Positions 1 through 9,131 of a DNA stretch of 64,000 nt are shown here, one piece after another. The notes below the pieces were generated by a model, which was not told where the DNA came from, searched no databases, and saw only the letters and a program-made list of their open reading frames with translations. Position 1 is the first letter of the stretch. Every line of letters starts with the position of its first letter. The DNA is taken from IMG/VR virus record IMGVR_UViG_3300044608_000911, one strand, 5' to 3'. This DNA comes from an uncultured virus (IMG/VR IMGVR_UViG_3300044608_000911). Taxonomy: Duplodnaviria; Heunggongvirae; Uroviricota; Caudoviricetes. Position numbers and translations under genes: made by a program.

Positions 1-191
1 TGTTCTCCATCAATAACAACAAAAGGATATCCAATTACATTTGGATACATGTCTCTAAATACATCTCGTGAAAATTGATTTTCTTTGTCTCCAACGATTA
101 CTTCTTCATATTCAACGTTTGCTCGTTGGAATAGTTCTTTGAGGGTTGTACAATACTTACATCCAGTAGTTGTAAAAGCTTTTATTTCCAT
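1..191 (-). CDS. glutaredoxin (NrdC/NrdH-like), 3' part outside window
   Basis: Not in ORF track; manual translation MEIKAFTTTGCKYCTTLKELFQRANVEYEEV...GYPFVVIDGE with CxxC and cis-Pro loop. Confidence 0.85.
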   Translation of the reverse strand, partial: MEIKAFTTTGCKYCTTLKELFQRANVEYEEVIVGDKENQFSRDVFRDMYPNVIGYPFVVIDGE

Positions 192-215
192 AAAAAAGAG
201 GGTCTTTCGACCCCC
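192..215 (-). terminator. rho-independent terminator after psbD
   Basis: GGGGGTC-GAAA-GACCCTC followed by T6 on minus strand. Confidence 0.85.
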
Positions 216-221
216 ATTATA

Positions 222-1283
222 TCACAGAGCATTACCTCTTGGCAACACCTCTTCTGGGAACACAAAGTTCTCGTGAGGTTGATCTACTGGAGCCATCCAA
301 GCACGAAGACCTTCATTCAGAAGAATGTTCTTGGTGTAGAAGGTTTCAAACTCAGGATCTTCTGCTGCTCTAATCTCCTGACTTACAAAATCGTAAGCAC
401 GAAGGTTAAGAGCAAGGCCAATAATACCAATAGAGGATGTCCATAGACCCATAACAGGTACAAATAGCATAAAGAAATGAAGCCAACGCTTATTAGAGAA
501 AGCAATGCCAAAGATCTGAGACCAAAAACGGTTAGCCGTGACCATCGAATAGGTCTCTTCCTCTTGTGTTGGTTCAAATGCTTTGAAAGTGTTTGCTTGT
601 TCACTATCTTCATATAGGGTATTCTCCACAGTAGCACCATGAATAGCACAGAGCAGTGCTCCTCCCAATATACCAGCAACTCCCATCATATGAAAGGGGT
701 TGAGGGTCCAGTTGTGGAAACCCTGAAGAAACAGAAGGAACCTAAAGATAGCAGCAACACCAAATGAAGGTGCGAAGAACCAACTGGATTGTCCCAGTGG
801 ATACATCAAGAATACACTGACAAACACAGCGATAGGACCAGAGAATGCGATTGCGTTATAGGGTCTGATACCTACCAGACGGGCAATCTCAAACTGACGA
901 AGCATGAAACCTATAAGAGCGAAGGCTCCATGGAGCGCCACAAAAGGCCAGAGTCCCCCAAGTTGGCACCAGCGGACGAAATCCCCCTGAGACTCAGGAC
1001 CCCAAAGTAGAAGAAGAGAATGACCCATAGCGTCAGCAGGCGTTGACACAGCTGCTGTAAGGAAATTAGCACCCTCAAGATAACTAGACGCCAACCCGTG
1101 GGTGTACCAGCTTGTAACAAACGTCGTGCCAGTAAGCCAACCACCAAGGGCAAGATAAGCAGTGGGAAAAAGTAATAGTCCAGACCAACCCACAAATACA
1201 AAGCGATCTCGTTTAAGCCAGTCATCCAGGACATCGAACCATCCTCGTTGTTTAATTGGTTGTGAAAGTGTAGATGAAACCAT
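222..1283 (-). CDS. psbD: photosystem II D2 protein
   Basis: [22 protein letters not shown]-terminal [19 protein letters not shown] upstream. Confidence 0.99.
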   Translation of the reverse strand: MVSSTLSQPIKQRGWFDVLDDWLKRDRFVFVGWSGLLLFPTAYLALGGWLTGTTFVTSWYTHGLASSYLEGANFLTAAVSTPADAMGHSLLLLWGPESQGDFVRWCQLGGLWPFVALHGAFALIGFMLRQFEIARLVGIRPYNAIAFSGPIAVFVSVFLMYPLGQSSWFFAPSFGVAAIFRFLLFLQGFHNWTLNPFHMMGVAGILGGALLCAIHGATVENTLYEDSEQANTFKAFEPTQEEETYSMVTANRFWSQIFGIAFSNKRWLHFFMLFVPVMGLWTSSIGIIGLALNLRAYDFVSQEIRAAEDPEFETFYTKNILLNEGLRAWMAPVDQPHENFVFPEEVLPRGNAL

Positions 1284-1297
1284 TATACCTCCTGATT

Positions 1298-1320
1298 AAA
1301 AAAGGGGTCCGAAGACCCCC
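1298..1320 (-). terminator. terminator between psbA and psbD
   Basis: GGGGTC-TTCG-GACCCC-TTTTTT on minus strand. Confidence 0.8.
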
Positions 1321-1341
1321 TCGAAGTTTATTTTATCCGAT

Positions 1342-2421
1342 TCAACCGATAGCAGGTGCGGTGAGAGCAACAGGAGTTGCTTCAGCAGCAGCAAGATCGA
1401 GAGGGAAGTTGTGAGCATTACGCTCGTGCATCACTTCCATACCAAGACCAGCGCGGTTCAGAACATCTGCCCAAGTGTTGAGCACACGACCTTCAGAACT
1501 CATGATGCTCTGGTTGAAGTTGAAACCGTTGAGGTTGAATGCCATGGTGCTAACACCAAGAGCAGTGAACCAGATACCAACTACAGGCCAAGCAGCAAGG
1601 AAGAAGTGAAGTGAACGGGAGTTGTTGAACGAAGCGTATTGGAAGATCAGACGACCAAAGTAACCGTGAGCAGCAACAATGTTATAAGTCTCTTCTTCTT
1701 GACCGAACTTATAACCGTAGTTCTGAGATTCTACTTCTGTCGTTTCACGAACGAGTGAAGAAGTAACCAGAGATCCATGCATAGCAGAGAAAAGAGAACC
1801 ACCGAATACACCAGCAACGCCAAGCATGTGGAAGGGGTGCATGAGGATATTATGTTCCGCCTGGAAAACAAGCATGTAGTTAAATGTGCCTGAAATTCCA
1901 AGAGGCATGGCATCAGAGAAGGAACCTTGTCCAAATGGATAGACGAGGAACACTGCAGAAGCAGCAGCAACGGGTGCGCTGTAGGCAACACAAATCCAAG
2001 GACGCATACCAAGTCGGTAAGAAAGTTCCCATTCACGACCCATGTAAGCATAGATACCAATCAGAAAGTGGAAGATGACCAGTTGGAATGGTCCTCCGTT
2101 ATATAGCCACTCATCGAGAGAAGCAGCTTCCCAAATAGGATAGAAGTGAAGTCCAATAGCGTTGGACGAAGGAACAACAGCACCAGAGATGATGTTATTA
2201 CCGTACATCAGAGAACCAGCGACTGGTTCACGGATGCCATCAATGTCCACAGGGGGAGCACCAATGAAAGCGATGATGAAGCAAGTAGTAGCAGCGAGCA
2301 GGCAAGGGATCATCAGTACACCGAACCAACCAACATAGATGCGGTTATCGGTAGAGGTGACCCACTTACAAAACTGTTCCCACTGCGACTCTTGCTGTTG
2401 ACGAGCGAGAGTTGCGGTCAT
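1342..2421 (-). CDS. psbA: photosystem II D1 protein, no intron
   Basis: [32 protein letters not shown]; uninterrupted 359 aa. Confidence 0.99.
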   Translation of the reverse strand: MTATLARQQQESQWEQFCKWVTSTDNRIYVGWFGVLMIPCLLAATTCFIIAFIGAPPVDIDGIREPVAGSLMYGNNIISGAVVPSSNAIGLHFYPIWEAASLDEWLYNGGPFQLVIFHFLIGIYAYMGREWELSYRLGMRPWICVAYSAPVAAASAVFLVYPFGQGSFSDAMPLGISGTFNYMLVFQAEHNILMHPFHMLGVAGVFGGSLFSAMHGSLVTSSLVRETTEVESQNYGYKFGQEEETYNIVAAHGYFGRLIFQYASFNNSRSLHFFLAAWPVVGIWFTALGVSTMAFNLNGFNFNQSIMSSEGRVLNTWADVLNRAGLGMEVMHERNAHNFPLDLAAAEATPVALTAPAIG

Positions 2422-2499
2422 AGTTCTAGAAGTTCGTTAGGTTTACATGTAAGAAAACAATTGTAACGAATTATGAGAGATCCGTAACATTTGTTTACC

Positions 2500-2534
2500 T
2501 ATTTATTATAACCCCTGCCTCCCAGACCTGTCAA
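2500..2534 (-). promoter_or_regulatory. psbA promoter: sigma70-type TTGACA-N18-TATAAT overlapping late TAAATA
   Basis: TTGACA 2534-2529, TATAAT 2510-2505, TAAATA 2505-2500. Confidence 0.8.
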
Positions 2535-2557
2535 GCACCAAAGTCAGGTATTTTTAC

Positions 2558-3130
2558 TCATTCCCGACCATCGTAGATGTACCACCCCGTAACGATATAT
2601 TTTGTTTGCGTTTGACTTGTAATACCATGGTGTGAATGTGTCCAATATGCTGGAAAAATTACAAGTCTTCCCATTACAGCATCTATTGATCTATCATACT
2701 CAACAAATTTAGTTTGTCCCCCGTCCGTAACTGTATTAAGATATAGAGTCCAAGCCATTACACGATTTGTTTCTGGTCCACAATCTTCACAGTGAACTTT
2801 GTAATATCCTTCACCAGGATTGTATTTCTGTATATTATATTGTAAATCAACAGACCAGTTATCAATTAACCAAGTTGATCTAAAAGTATCTTGATATATT
2901 TGAGTATACCTATTTAAAATGTTTGCCATAATTGTGTTACAAACATTTTCTTCTGAAAAATCCATGTAGATATCAGTTGATGCTTTAACTTTTTTATCAA
3001 CTGTTATTTTGTCATGGTTATAATATCTACCACGAACTTGTCTGATTTTATTTTCTTCAAAAAAATCTATAATTTTTTGGCACATGTTTTCTGGTGCCAC
3101 GTTATCGTATAATCCAATGAAATCAGTCAT
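2558..3130 (-). CDS. 2OG-Fe(II) oxygenase (prolyl-hydroxylase-like)
   Basis: HxE/D (HCED), LYLN, GGQT, FPAYWTHSH, KY motifs; ATG at 3130 follows GGAG RBS. Confidence 0.9.
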   Translation of the reverse strand: MTDFIGLYDNVAPENMCQKIIDFFEENKIRQVRGRYYNHDKITVDKKVKASTDIYMDFSEENVCNTIMANILNRYTQIYQDTFRSTWLIDNWSVDLQYNIQKYNPGEGYYKVHCEDCGPETNRVMAWTLYLNTVTDGGQTKFVEYDRSIDAVMGRLVIFPAYWTHSHHGITSQTQTKYIVTGWYIYDGRE

Positions 3131-3215
3131 ATAATTCTCCAAATAAAAAAGGATCTCTCTGTTATTTGGCAGGAGATCCTTTGGCTTGCGCCGACGATAT
3201 TCAATTATTATTTAT

Positions 3216-3335
3216 TCACCAGACGCCAGGAATAATTTGTCCAGTGGTCATATAAGTGCCGACAGCAATTACAAAACCGAGCATAGCCAGACGAGCGTTG
3301 AGGATCTCTGCCTCGGGGGTAAATCCAAATTTCAT
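3216..3335 (-). CDS. hli: high-light-inducible protein (39 aa)
   Basis: Not in ORF track; MKFGFTPEAEILNARLAMLGFVIAVGTYMTTGQIIPGVW with ExxNxRxAM chlorophyll-binding motif. Confidence 0.95.
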   Translation of the reverse strand: MKFGFTPEAEILNARLAMLGFVIAVGTYMTTGQIIPGVW

Positions 3336-3336
3336 T

Positions 3337-3861
3337 TTAGTTCTCCTTCGTATAAGTGTTTTTGAGATAAGCTAGTACAGTTTCGGGATTAGAAACTTCG
3401 TAAGGATCAACAGGGCAGTTGCCTACCTTGCCAGGTTCCTCAAACATCTGTTCAATCTCTCCATCATTCACCACCATAGCATAACGCCAGGAACGGAAAC
3501 CAAATCCAAGATTAGATTTAGCAACCGACATTCCAATAGCATGTGTAAATTCACCATTACCATCAGGAATAGGTTTGACATTCTGAATGTCCTGTGACTT
3601 GAACCACGCATTCATTACGAAGGCATCATTCACAGACAGACACCATACTTCATCAATACCAAGTGCCTTGAATTCGTTGAATGCTAGATCATAACCAGGC
3701 AGTTGGAAAGTGCTACAGGTAGGAGTGAATGCCCCAGGTAGAGCAAACACAACCACACGTTTTTGATCAAAGATTTCAGATGTGGTAAGGTCATACCAAT
3801 CATAGTCACCGTTGTAGCAAGGGCGACGGTCTCTAAAAGATACTTCAGGTACTCGGGTCAT
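3337..3861 (-). CDS. type II / PRX5-like peroxiredoxin
   Basis: VVFALPGAFTPTCS, SVNDAFVMNAW, GFRSWRYAM. Confidence 0.95.
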   Translation of the reverse strand: MTRVPEVSFRDRRPCYNGDYDWYDLTTSEIFDQKRVVVFALPGAFTPTCSTFQLPGYDLAFNEFKALGIDEVWCLSVNDAFVMNAWFKSQDIQNVKPIPDGNGEFTHAIGMSVAKSNLGFGFRSWRYAMVVNDGEIEQMFEEPGKVGNCPVDPYEVSNPETVLAYLKNTYTKEN

Positions 3862-4054
3862 GTTGTTGTTTCAGTTCAGGATTAGGGTTACAAATAAGTT
3901 TTTCTTTGATAGGTTTGATGACAATAAATTTGTCACTCTTGAGGGTGCCAGCGATCTTAACTTCTAATTCTTGTCCGTTAGTCCAAGCACCACTCTCTAC
4001 CAATTCTTGAAGGGCAATAGCAAGTTGCCCTAACATATCACCAGTTGTCATCAC
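3845..4054 (-). CDS. hypothetical protein
   Basis: ORF overlapping petF and the peroxiredoxin gene at its two ends. Confidence 0.6.
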   Translation of the reverse strand: MMTTGDMLGQLAIALQELVESGAWTNGQELEVKIAGTLKSDKFIVIKPIKEKLICNPNPELKQQHDPST

Positions 4055-4344
4055 AGGTTTTCTTCTTGTTCAGTCAAGATTACACAATCGCTGGTGGGAT
4101 ATGCCACACAGGTGAGCACCCAACCTTCAGCAATCTGGTCATCATCAAGGAACGATTGCTCCTCATTATCCACAGTACCGCTGATCAGTTTGCCAGCACA
4201 AGCAGAGCAAGCACCAGCACGGCAACTGGAAGGAAGATCAACGCCAGCAAATTCAGCAGCGTCGAGAATATATTGATCGTCAGGACATTCGATAGTCGTT
4301 TCGGATCCATCGGGAGATTGAAGCGTAATGTTGTAAACAGTCAT
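4051..4344 (-). CDS. petF: plant-type 2Fe-2S ferredoxin
   Basis: [13 protein letters not shown]...VLTCVAYP. Confidence 0.98.
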   Translation of the reverse strand: MTVYNITLQSPDGSETTIECPDDQYILDAAEFAGVDLPSSCRAGACSACAGKLISGTVDNEEQSFLDDDQIAEGWVLTCVAYPTSDCVILTEQEENL

Positions 4345-4430
4345 CAGTAAGTTTCGGTAACTTTCTCAATAGAATAGCACAGAAGCACGAGAAAGGCAAC
4401 TGTTGTCAGGGTCCAAAAACCTTCAGTCAT
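4344..4430 (-). CDS. 28-aa single-TM peptide
   Basis: Not in ORF track; [33 protein letters not shown] overlaps with both neighbours. Confidence 0.7.
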   Translation of the reverse strand: MTEGFWTLTTVAFLVLLCYSIEKVTETY

Positions 4431-4624
4431 CAGAAGACACCGAAGAAGAGTTTACCAGAGAGAGCATAAGAAAGAGCCCCAGCAACAATACCGACCATAG
4501 CCCAGCGTCCATTATACTTCTCCTTTACTTGGTTGGGAGTATCCATCCCGTAGTTTTCGTAGTACATGGTAGGCTCTTTTGCCCACATGTTCTGCTGCCC
4601 ACGATCATTAGTAGTAACAGTCAT
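4430..4624 (-). CDS. hli: high-light-inducible protein
   Basis: EKYNGRWAMVGIVA...TM...GKLFFGVF; N-terminal QQNMWAKEP. Confidence 0.95.
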   Translation of the reverse strand: MTVTTNDRGQQNMWAKEPTMYYENYGMDTPNQVKEKYNGRWAMVGIVAGALSYALSGKLFFGVF

Positions 4625-4650
4625 TTCGTTTTGTAACGATTTACAACAGT

Positions 4651-4679
4651 AGTATATAGGAAATATAAAGGAATGTCAA
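4651..4679 (-). promoter_or_regulatory. sigma70-type promoter for hli-petF-prx cluster
   Basis: TTGACA-N17-TATACT. Confidence 0.8.
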
Positions 4680-4693
4680 GCTCCGTGTCGGGA

Positions 4694-4703
4694 TAAATAA
4701 ATA
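4694..4703 (+). promoter_or_regulatory. T4-type late promoter for plus-strand operon
   Basis: TAAATAAATA (two overlapping TAAATA) upstream of ATG 4727. Confidence 0.65.
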
Positions 4704-4726
4704 TGGTCTCAAATAATACAAGAAAA

Positions 4727-5191
4727 ATGAAAAGATCGCTTTTACTCTTTTCGTTATTCTTTGCTATTCCTACTCATGCCGCTGAAATTACATCTAGAAT
4801 TACTGATTCGGTCCAATTGAAAGTTGATGGTGCTGCTATTCAATCCTCAAGAATTGGTGCTTCTTACTCCGCATCTGGAACCAACATCCAATCCACATCC
4901 TTTGGTGGTGTAGGTGGTGCTGGAACCTACGATATCAATACTGCTGGTCAAGCATTCTCGTTTAGCGAGACGTTCAACGCAGCTGATCCAACTAACGTAA
5001 CAACACAAACAGTAACCAACGGTGTGATTGGTACTCCTAATCTCTATGGAGATAGTGTAACGCAAGTTGGTGGTGATAAGGGAACTCTTGCTGGTACTTT
5101 ATCTCCAACTGGTGTCCCTACTGTTACTGCTGGTGGTGCTGGAACCACCGCTACTGGTCAAAGAACAATCGAATTGAGCGTATTTAAATGA
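4727..5191 (+). CDS. secreted Thr/Gly-rich beta protein (hypothetical)
   Basis: Signal peptide MKRSLLLFSLFFAIPTHA; likely start ATG 4727 (track gives 4703). Confidence 0.8.
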   Translation: MKRSLLLFSLFFAIPTHAAEITSRITDSVQLKVDGAAIQSSRIGASYSASGTNIQSTSFGGVGGAGTYDINTAGQAFSFSETFNAADPTNVTTQTVTNGVIGTPNLYGDSVTQVGGDKGTLAGTLSPTGVPTVTAGGAGTTATGQRTIELSVFK

Positions 5192-5553
5192 GAAGTATAA
5201 CTCCCGCCTTGCTTTTAGCAGCGGGAGTAATTACTACTCCTGCTTACGCTGAAAGCGTTGTGCCTAATTTTACTAGGGGCACTATTACTGCGACTACAGA
5301 AAGTCAAACAAAGATTATAGAAGCAATACGCCAGGTGGAATACACAACTGGCACATCATATACTGTGACTGGAACTAATATTAACATTCCTGGTACTCCA
5401 CATCAAGGAGCAAATTATACGATCCAAACTCAAGGTGCTCCCTTCCAGTTCAGCGAAACATACCTCGGTCCTGGAGTGGCTAAAGAAACATGGATAGATC
5501 GAACTACCGAAACAAAATCTACAACAAATTCAATATCTGTCTTTACACAATAA
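5188..5553 (+). CDS. secreted beta protein, paralogous to upstream ORF
   Basis: Signal peptide ending AYA; shares SYxxxGTNI...YxIxTxGxxFxFSET with previous ORF. Confidence 0.8.
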   Translation: MRSITPALLLAAGVITTPAYAESVVPNFTRGTITATTESQTKIIEAIRQVEYTTGTSYTVTGTNINIPGTPHQGANYTIQTQGAPFQFSETYLGPGVAKETWIDRTTETKSTTNSISVFTQ

Positions 5554-6077
5554 CTGGAATACTGTTACTAACACTAGCGGGTTCCACAAGAAGTAAAGCA
5601 CAACAAGCTCCCAGCAACACTAACATTGCTGGTCCTTCTGCTTCTGCTACTGGTAACGTAACTAACCAAGCAGTTCAAGTTCTACAAGGACCGTATGCTA
5701 TGAATACTTATGGTGGTGGTGTAAGTTGTCAGGGTCCAACCATGAGTGTCTCCCCATTTTTATTGGGGAGTATGAATGGTAGTCAAGATCCAGCAACATT
5801 TCAAACACATAATGGTAATGCTGGTGTCAGCATGGGTGTCAATTTTCCTCTGGATGGAGGACTAACAGAGCTCTGTAAAGAAAGAGCAAGATCTGAGATT
5901 AGAAGACAAAATGCTGAAGCAGATAAAGCAAGATTAGATTTTGAATTAGTCAGGCTGTTGAAGTGTGGTGAAGCAATCAAGTCTGGTATTACATTTCATC
6001 CAGACAGTCCATACTATAAAGTCTGTGCCGACGTAGTTGTGAGGTATCCAAATGGATCTCATACAGCCAATAAATAA
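5490..6077 (+). CDS. exported Cys-containing protein, possible outer-membrane channel-like
   Basis: Hydrophobic signal-like segment, four Cys in mature part, amphipathic strand GVSMGVNFPLDGG followed by coiled-coil. Confidence 0.75.
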   Translation: MDRSNYRNKIYNKFNICLYTITGILLLTLAGSTRSKAQQAPSNTNIAGPSASATGNVTNQAVQVLQGPYAMNTYGGGVSCQGPTMSVSPFLLGSMNGSQDPATFQTHNGNAGVSMGVNFPLDGGLTELCKERARSEIRRQNAEADKARLDFELVRLLKCGEAIKSGITFHPDSPYYKVCADVVVRYPNGSHTANK

Positions 6078-6777
6078 TGCCAACGGAATTGCCAATATAG
6101 CAAATAATGCCAACGGAATACCAAAAATTGGTATTGGTGGTCCATCTATTATCCCAACAATAGACCCTCCAGTTATTCAGGCAACACCGCAACCAGTCAT
6201 TCGTGGTCTGGCATTACCTGTCTTTCAAGCACCCGATACATCAATTAAGTATCCAGTCATCAACGTTCCTACACAGGAAGAGTTTGATGCTGCTGTGAGA
6301 GCAGAGAAACAAAAAGAACAACCAGAGAAAGAAGAAAAATCTAGAGGTCTTCCAGACAAACCCCCTGCTATTCAACTGCCTCCATCTGTTCAAACCCCCC
6401 AGGATAATCAGGTTGTTTCTGATAATTCTATCAAAACTAGTAACCTAGGAGTGCCTGTAATTGAAGTACCAATCATCGGGGAAGTTCCAGTTCCTCCAAA
6501 AGAACAGGTTATACTTGCTGGCACCACTGCTACTGCTTCTGTTGCTGCGGCTCTTATTGGCAAATCTTTGGTGGAATGGATGGTAGGTAAAATGAAACCT
6601 ATTGTTCAACAACTCTTTACCAGAGCGAAGAAGTTACTGAACCGAGATCTAACTGACTACGAAATCCAACTATTCTTTGCCTTTGAAAAGCAGCAACAGA
6701 TGAAGAAGGTTGCTAAGTTACTCAAGAAAGAGCAGAAAAAGCAGAAGCTAGAGCAATATAAGAAAGCACACAAGTAA
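6052..6777 (+). CDS. Pro-rich membrane protein with basic C-terminus
   Basis: Long Pro-rich N-half, hydrophobic VILAGTTATASVAAALIG, Lys-rich tail. Confidence 0.75.
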   Translation: MDLIQPINNANGIANIANNANGIPKIGIGGPSIIPTIDPPVIQATPQPVIRGLALPVFQAPDTSIKYPVINVPTQEEFDAAVRAEKQKEQPEKEEKSRGLPDKPPAIQLPPSVQTPQDNQVVSDNSIKTSNLGVPVIEVPIIGEVPVPPKEQVILAGTTATASVAAALIGKSLVEWMVGKMKPIVQQLFTRAKKLLNRDLTDYEIQLFFAFEKQQQMKKVAKLLKKEQKKQKLEQYKKAHK

Positions 6778-6957
6778 TTATACTTCTTCAAACAGAAGAG
6801 TATATAATCCACTCACATTTGCGTGTGCTTCTGCTAATTCTTTTGTCTGAAATCTACGTGCCTTCTCTTTATCTCTAGTCCATTTGGGACTATCGTTCAC
6901 ATTATCTTGGAAGTAATCCCAGGTTCCAGCAAACCCTTCTCTCTTAGCAATATACAT
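6778..6957 (-). CDS. hypothetical protein (59 aa)
   Basis: Not in ORF track; MYIAKREGFAGTWDYFQD...LLFEEV, coupled to upstream ORF. Confidence 0.6.
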   Translation of the reverse strand: MYIAKREGFAGTWDYFQDNVNDSPKWTRDKEKARRFQTKELAEAHANVSGLYTLLFEEV

Positions 6958-7160
6958 CAGAATAATTTTATAGGTAGTTTGATAGGTAGTTTCTCTTGTA
7001 GTTCTTTGACGCCTTTAGGCATAACTGCCTCGATGATCTCACGCTTTGCTTGCTCGATTAGTGTTTCTCTATTCATGTAAGCATAAACTCCAGCGCCTAC
7101 AGCAGTTGCGCTCAATACAAATGAGGCAACTGCTAACGCATTAAATACTTTCTGCATCAT
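6957..7160 (-). CDS. small membrane protein
   Basis: N-terminal TM ALAVASFVLSATAVGAGVYAY. Confidence 0.7.
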   Translation of the reverse strand: MMQKVFNALAVASFVLSATAVGAGVYAYMNRETLIEQAKREIIEAVMPKGVKELQEKLPIKLPIKLF

Positions 7161-7492
7161 GCTCCTGTGCGAGGTTGTACGAAACCTTCCTCAAGTGCTT
7201 CAACTCTTTCTTCTAGAGATGCTGCGACTTCTTCTGCTACTGGTTCAACAGGTGGTGCTTCTACAACTTCTTCTCTCTTAGGTTCTTCTTTCTTTTCGTC
7301 GTCATCATCACCACCTTTCTTCATGGTGTTGATACCGAACGTAGCAGCAGATGCTGTGAAGACTGTAGCGATAAAGGTTGGGTCCATCTTAGCAAGAAGA
7401 CCAGCATAGCTAGCAGTTAAAAGAGCAGCAGACCAACTCAAAATGGCAATACGAATTAGTTGTCCCATAGTAGTTTCCTTTTTCTTATCCAT
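7157..7492 (-). CDS. two-TM membrane protein (holin-like topology)
   Basis: Two hydrophobic helices then charged tail; TAAATA late promoter near 7518-7523. Confidence 0.7.
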   Translation of the reverse strand: MDKKKETTMGQLIRIAILSWSAALLTASYAGLLAKMDPTFIATVFTASAATFGINTMKKGGDDDDEKKEEPKREEVVEAPPVEPVAEEVAASLEERVEALEEGFVQPRTGA

Positions 7493-7536
7493 CTTCGTGG
7501 TGGGTTGGGTCCGTAATATTTATTACGTGTTCAATT

Positions 7537-8268
7537 TTAATATAAAAATTGTTCTATTTCTGAGAATTTATTTCCCATGTCATTTACTCTATGTTGTATG
7601 TCGAGGTCATACAAAGCCATTTTAGTTTCAATCAATCCATATGAAGGAAAGGTATATTCTATATGTTCTGTTTGATTAAACGTATCAATAACAGTATCAT
7701 CTTTCGCATTCAATCTCGTTTTCTTTACATCAATATCACAGAAAGAAAAGTCAGTTACTTCTGGCAAATTAAAATGATTACACACTTGCTTCAAAGTTTC
7801 TTTCTTATCTTGTAGAAAATCATTCGTAGTTATCCACAAAACATTTGAACTATCTAACATACGAAATACGCTACACAACCAAACGTATGTTACTTTGTCA
7901 AGTTCATCTTCTGGTTTCCAATTGATTTTTGGGTGATTGTGATTCTTTAAAATATAATCCGTCTTTGAAAATCTTTGTTTTACCCATAAAGGATCAACAG
8001 ATTTAATTTTACACAAATGCTGCGCTAAAGGTCTATATAAAAATACTTTATTTCCAGGAAATTTTGTTTCAAAGCAAGTAGTCATACTTGGAAATTTAAC
8101 AACAGACCCATAAAAAGATTCCATGTTCTTATATGGATCTGTTCCAAGCAATAAAGACTTTGCCCACGATGGCTCAGCATATGCTTTACATACTGTAGAC
8201 AACAGTGATGTCATTAATGTAGATCCACACCTAGCCACATGGTAGATTTGATGTATTTGTTCAGACAT
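7537..8268 (-). CDS. sulfotransferase-like P-loop protein
   Basis: YHVARCGSTL resembles PAPS 5'-phosphosulfate-binding motif; VFLYRP second motif. Confidence 0.6.
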   Translation of the reverse strand: MSEQIHQIYHVARCGSTLMTSLLSTVCKAYAEPSWAKSLLLGTDPYKNMESFYGSVVKFPSMTTCFETKFPGNKVFLYRPLAQHLCKIKSVDPLWVKQRFSKTDYILKNHNHPKINWKPEDELDKVTYVWLCSVFRMLDSSNVLWITTNDFLQDKKETLKQVCNHFNLPEVTDFSFCDIDVKKTRLNAKDDTVIDTFNQTEHIEYTFPSYGLIETKMALYDLDIQHRVNDMGNKFSEIEQFLY

Positions 8269-8878
8269 AATTATCGCTATTTTTTACACTCATAAACTGA
8301 GATATACAATATCTCCCATCACCATTCCAATAAGCACTATCAGATATTGATACTTTCTTTACCCCATGCTCTACATATCCAGGGAATAAAATGAGAGTAT
8401 TGTGTGAGCATTCTACTTCATAGTTGTATTGAGGAAAATACAACTCACCACCACTAAACTTTTTAGGTGTGGTATGAAAATAAGAGAAAGTTAAAAACTC
8501 ATGCCCAATATCTGTGTGAGGATTATATCCTTCACCATCATGATAGTATCTTAATTTTGTGATAACCATATTCACATATCTAAGACGTAACAAATGGGGC
8601 CATTTATTTACGATAGTTGATATGAATGGAGCGTCTAAGGTTTTCTTTGTAACTTGTAGAATATTAGATAACTCTGGTATATTATATGCTCTTTCTAAAT
8701 GTAGTGCTCTACTTTCAGTAAGTTCTGAACTATTAGAGTGATGAACTCCTGGTTTGTATAGTTTGTTTGGGTATGATAAGAATTTAATTTCTTCTTGTAT
8801 TAATGTTAATTCTTTTTCACTATAAAAGTTTTCAATTAATACATGGGGAAATGGATCATCGAGTAATTTTATATTCAT
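8261..8878 (-). CDS. 2OG-Fe(II) oxygenase
   Basis: YNPHTD, FSGGEL, FPGYVEHGV, RYCI. Confidence 0.9.
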   Translation of the reverse strand: MNIKLLDDPFPHVLIENFYSEKELTLIQEEIKFLSYPNKLYKPGVHHSNSSELTESRALHLERAYNIPELSNILQVTKKTLDAPFISTIVNKWPHLLRLRYVNMVITKLRYYHDGEGYNPHTDIGHEFLTFSYFHTTPKKFSGGELYFPQYNYEVECSHNTLILFPGYVEHGVKKVSISDSAYWNGDGRYCISQFMSVKNSDNYV

Positions 8879-9129
8879 TCATCTCCAGTAACAATAACAA
8901 ACTCATCAATTGTTTCGTCATAATACATTCCAATACCAGCATACCTTCCTCTAATGTTTCCATTATATGAGGTTTGCTTCCAATTGGTATTTTCTCCTTG
9001 AATCATTTTACAGAATTGAACACCAATCTCTTCGGATTCTTCTCCATTTTCATCAACGATATCATCATTACATACTACAATAACTTCAATTACTTTATTA
9101 TTCTCGTCTAATTTAGCAAAATGCGCCAT
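8875..9129 (-). CDS. small protein typically paired with glycine-rich fibre genes
   Basis: MAHFAKLDENNKV...WKQTSYN...RYAGIG motif. Confidence 0.7.
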   Translation of the reverse strand: MAHFAKLDENNKVIEVIVVCNDDIVDENGEESEEIGVQFCKMIQGENTNWKQTSYNGNIRGRYAGIGMYYDETIDEFVIVTGDE

Positions 9130-9131
9130 GA

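Noticed and set aside
1342..2421. Possible group I intron or homing endonuclease at psbA/psbD
   Set aside because: psbA is continuous and full-length; psbA-psbD gap is only 58 nt.
6072..6119. 18-bp direct repeat AAATAATGCCAACGGAAT (period 30)
   Set aside because: Two copies only, in-frame local duplication (NNANGI); not CRISPR-like.
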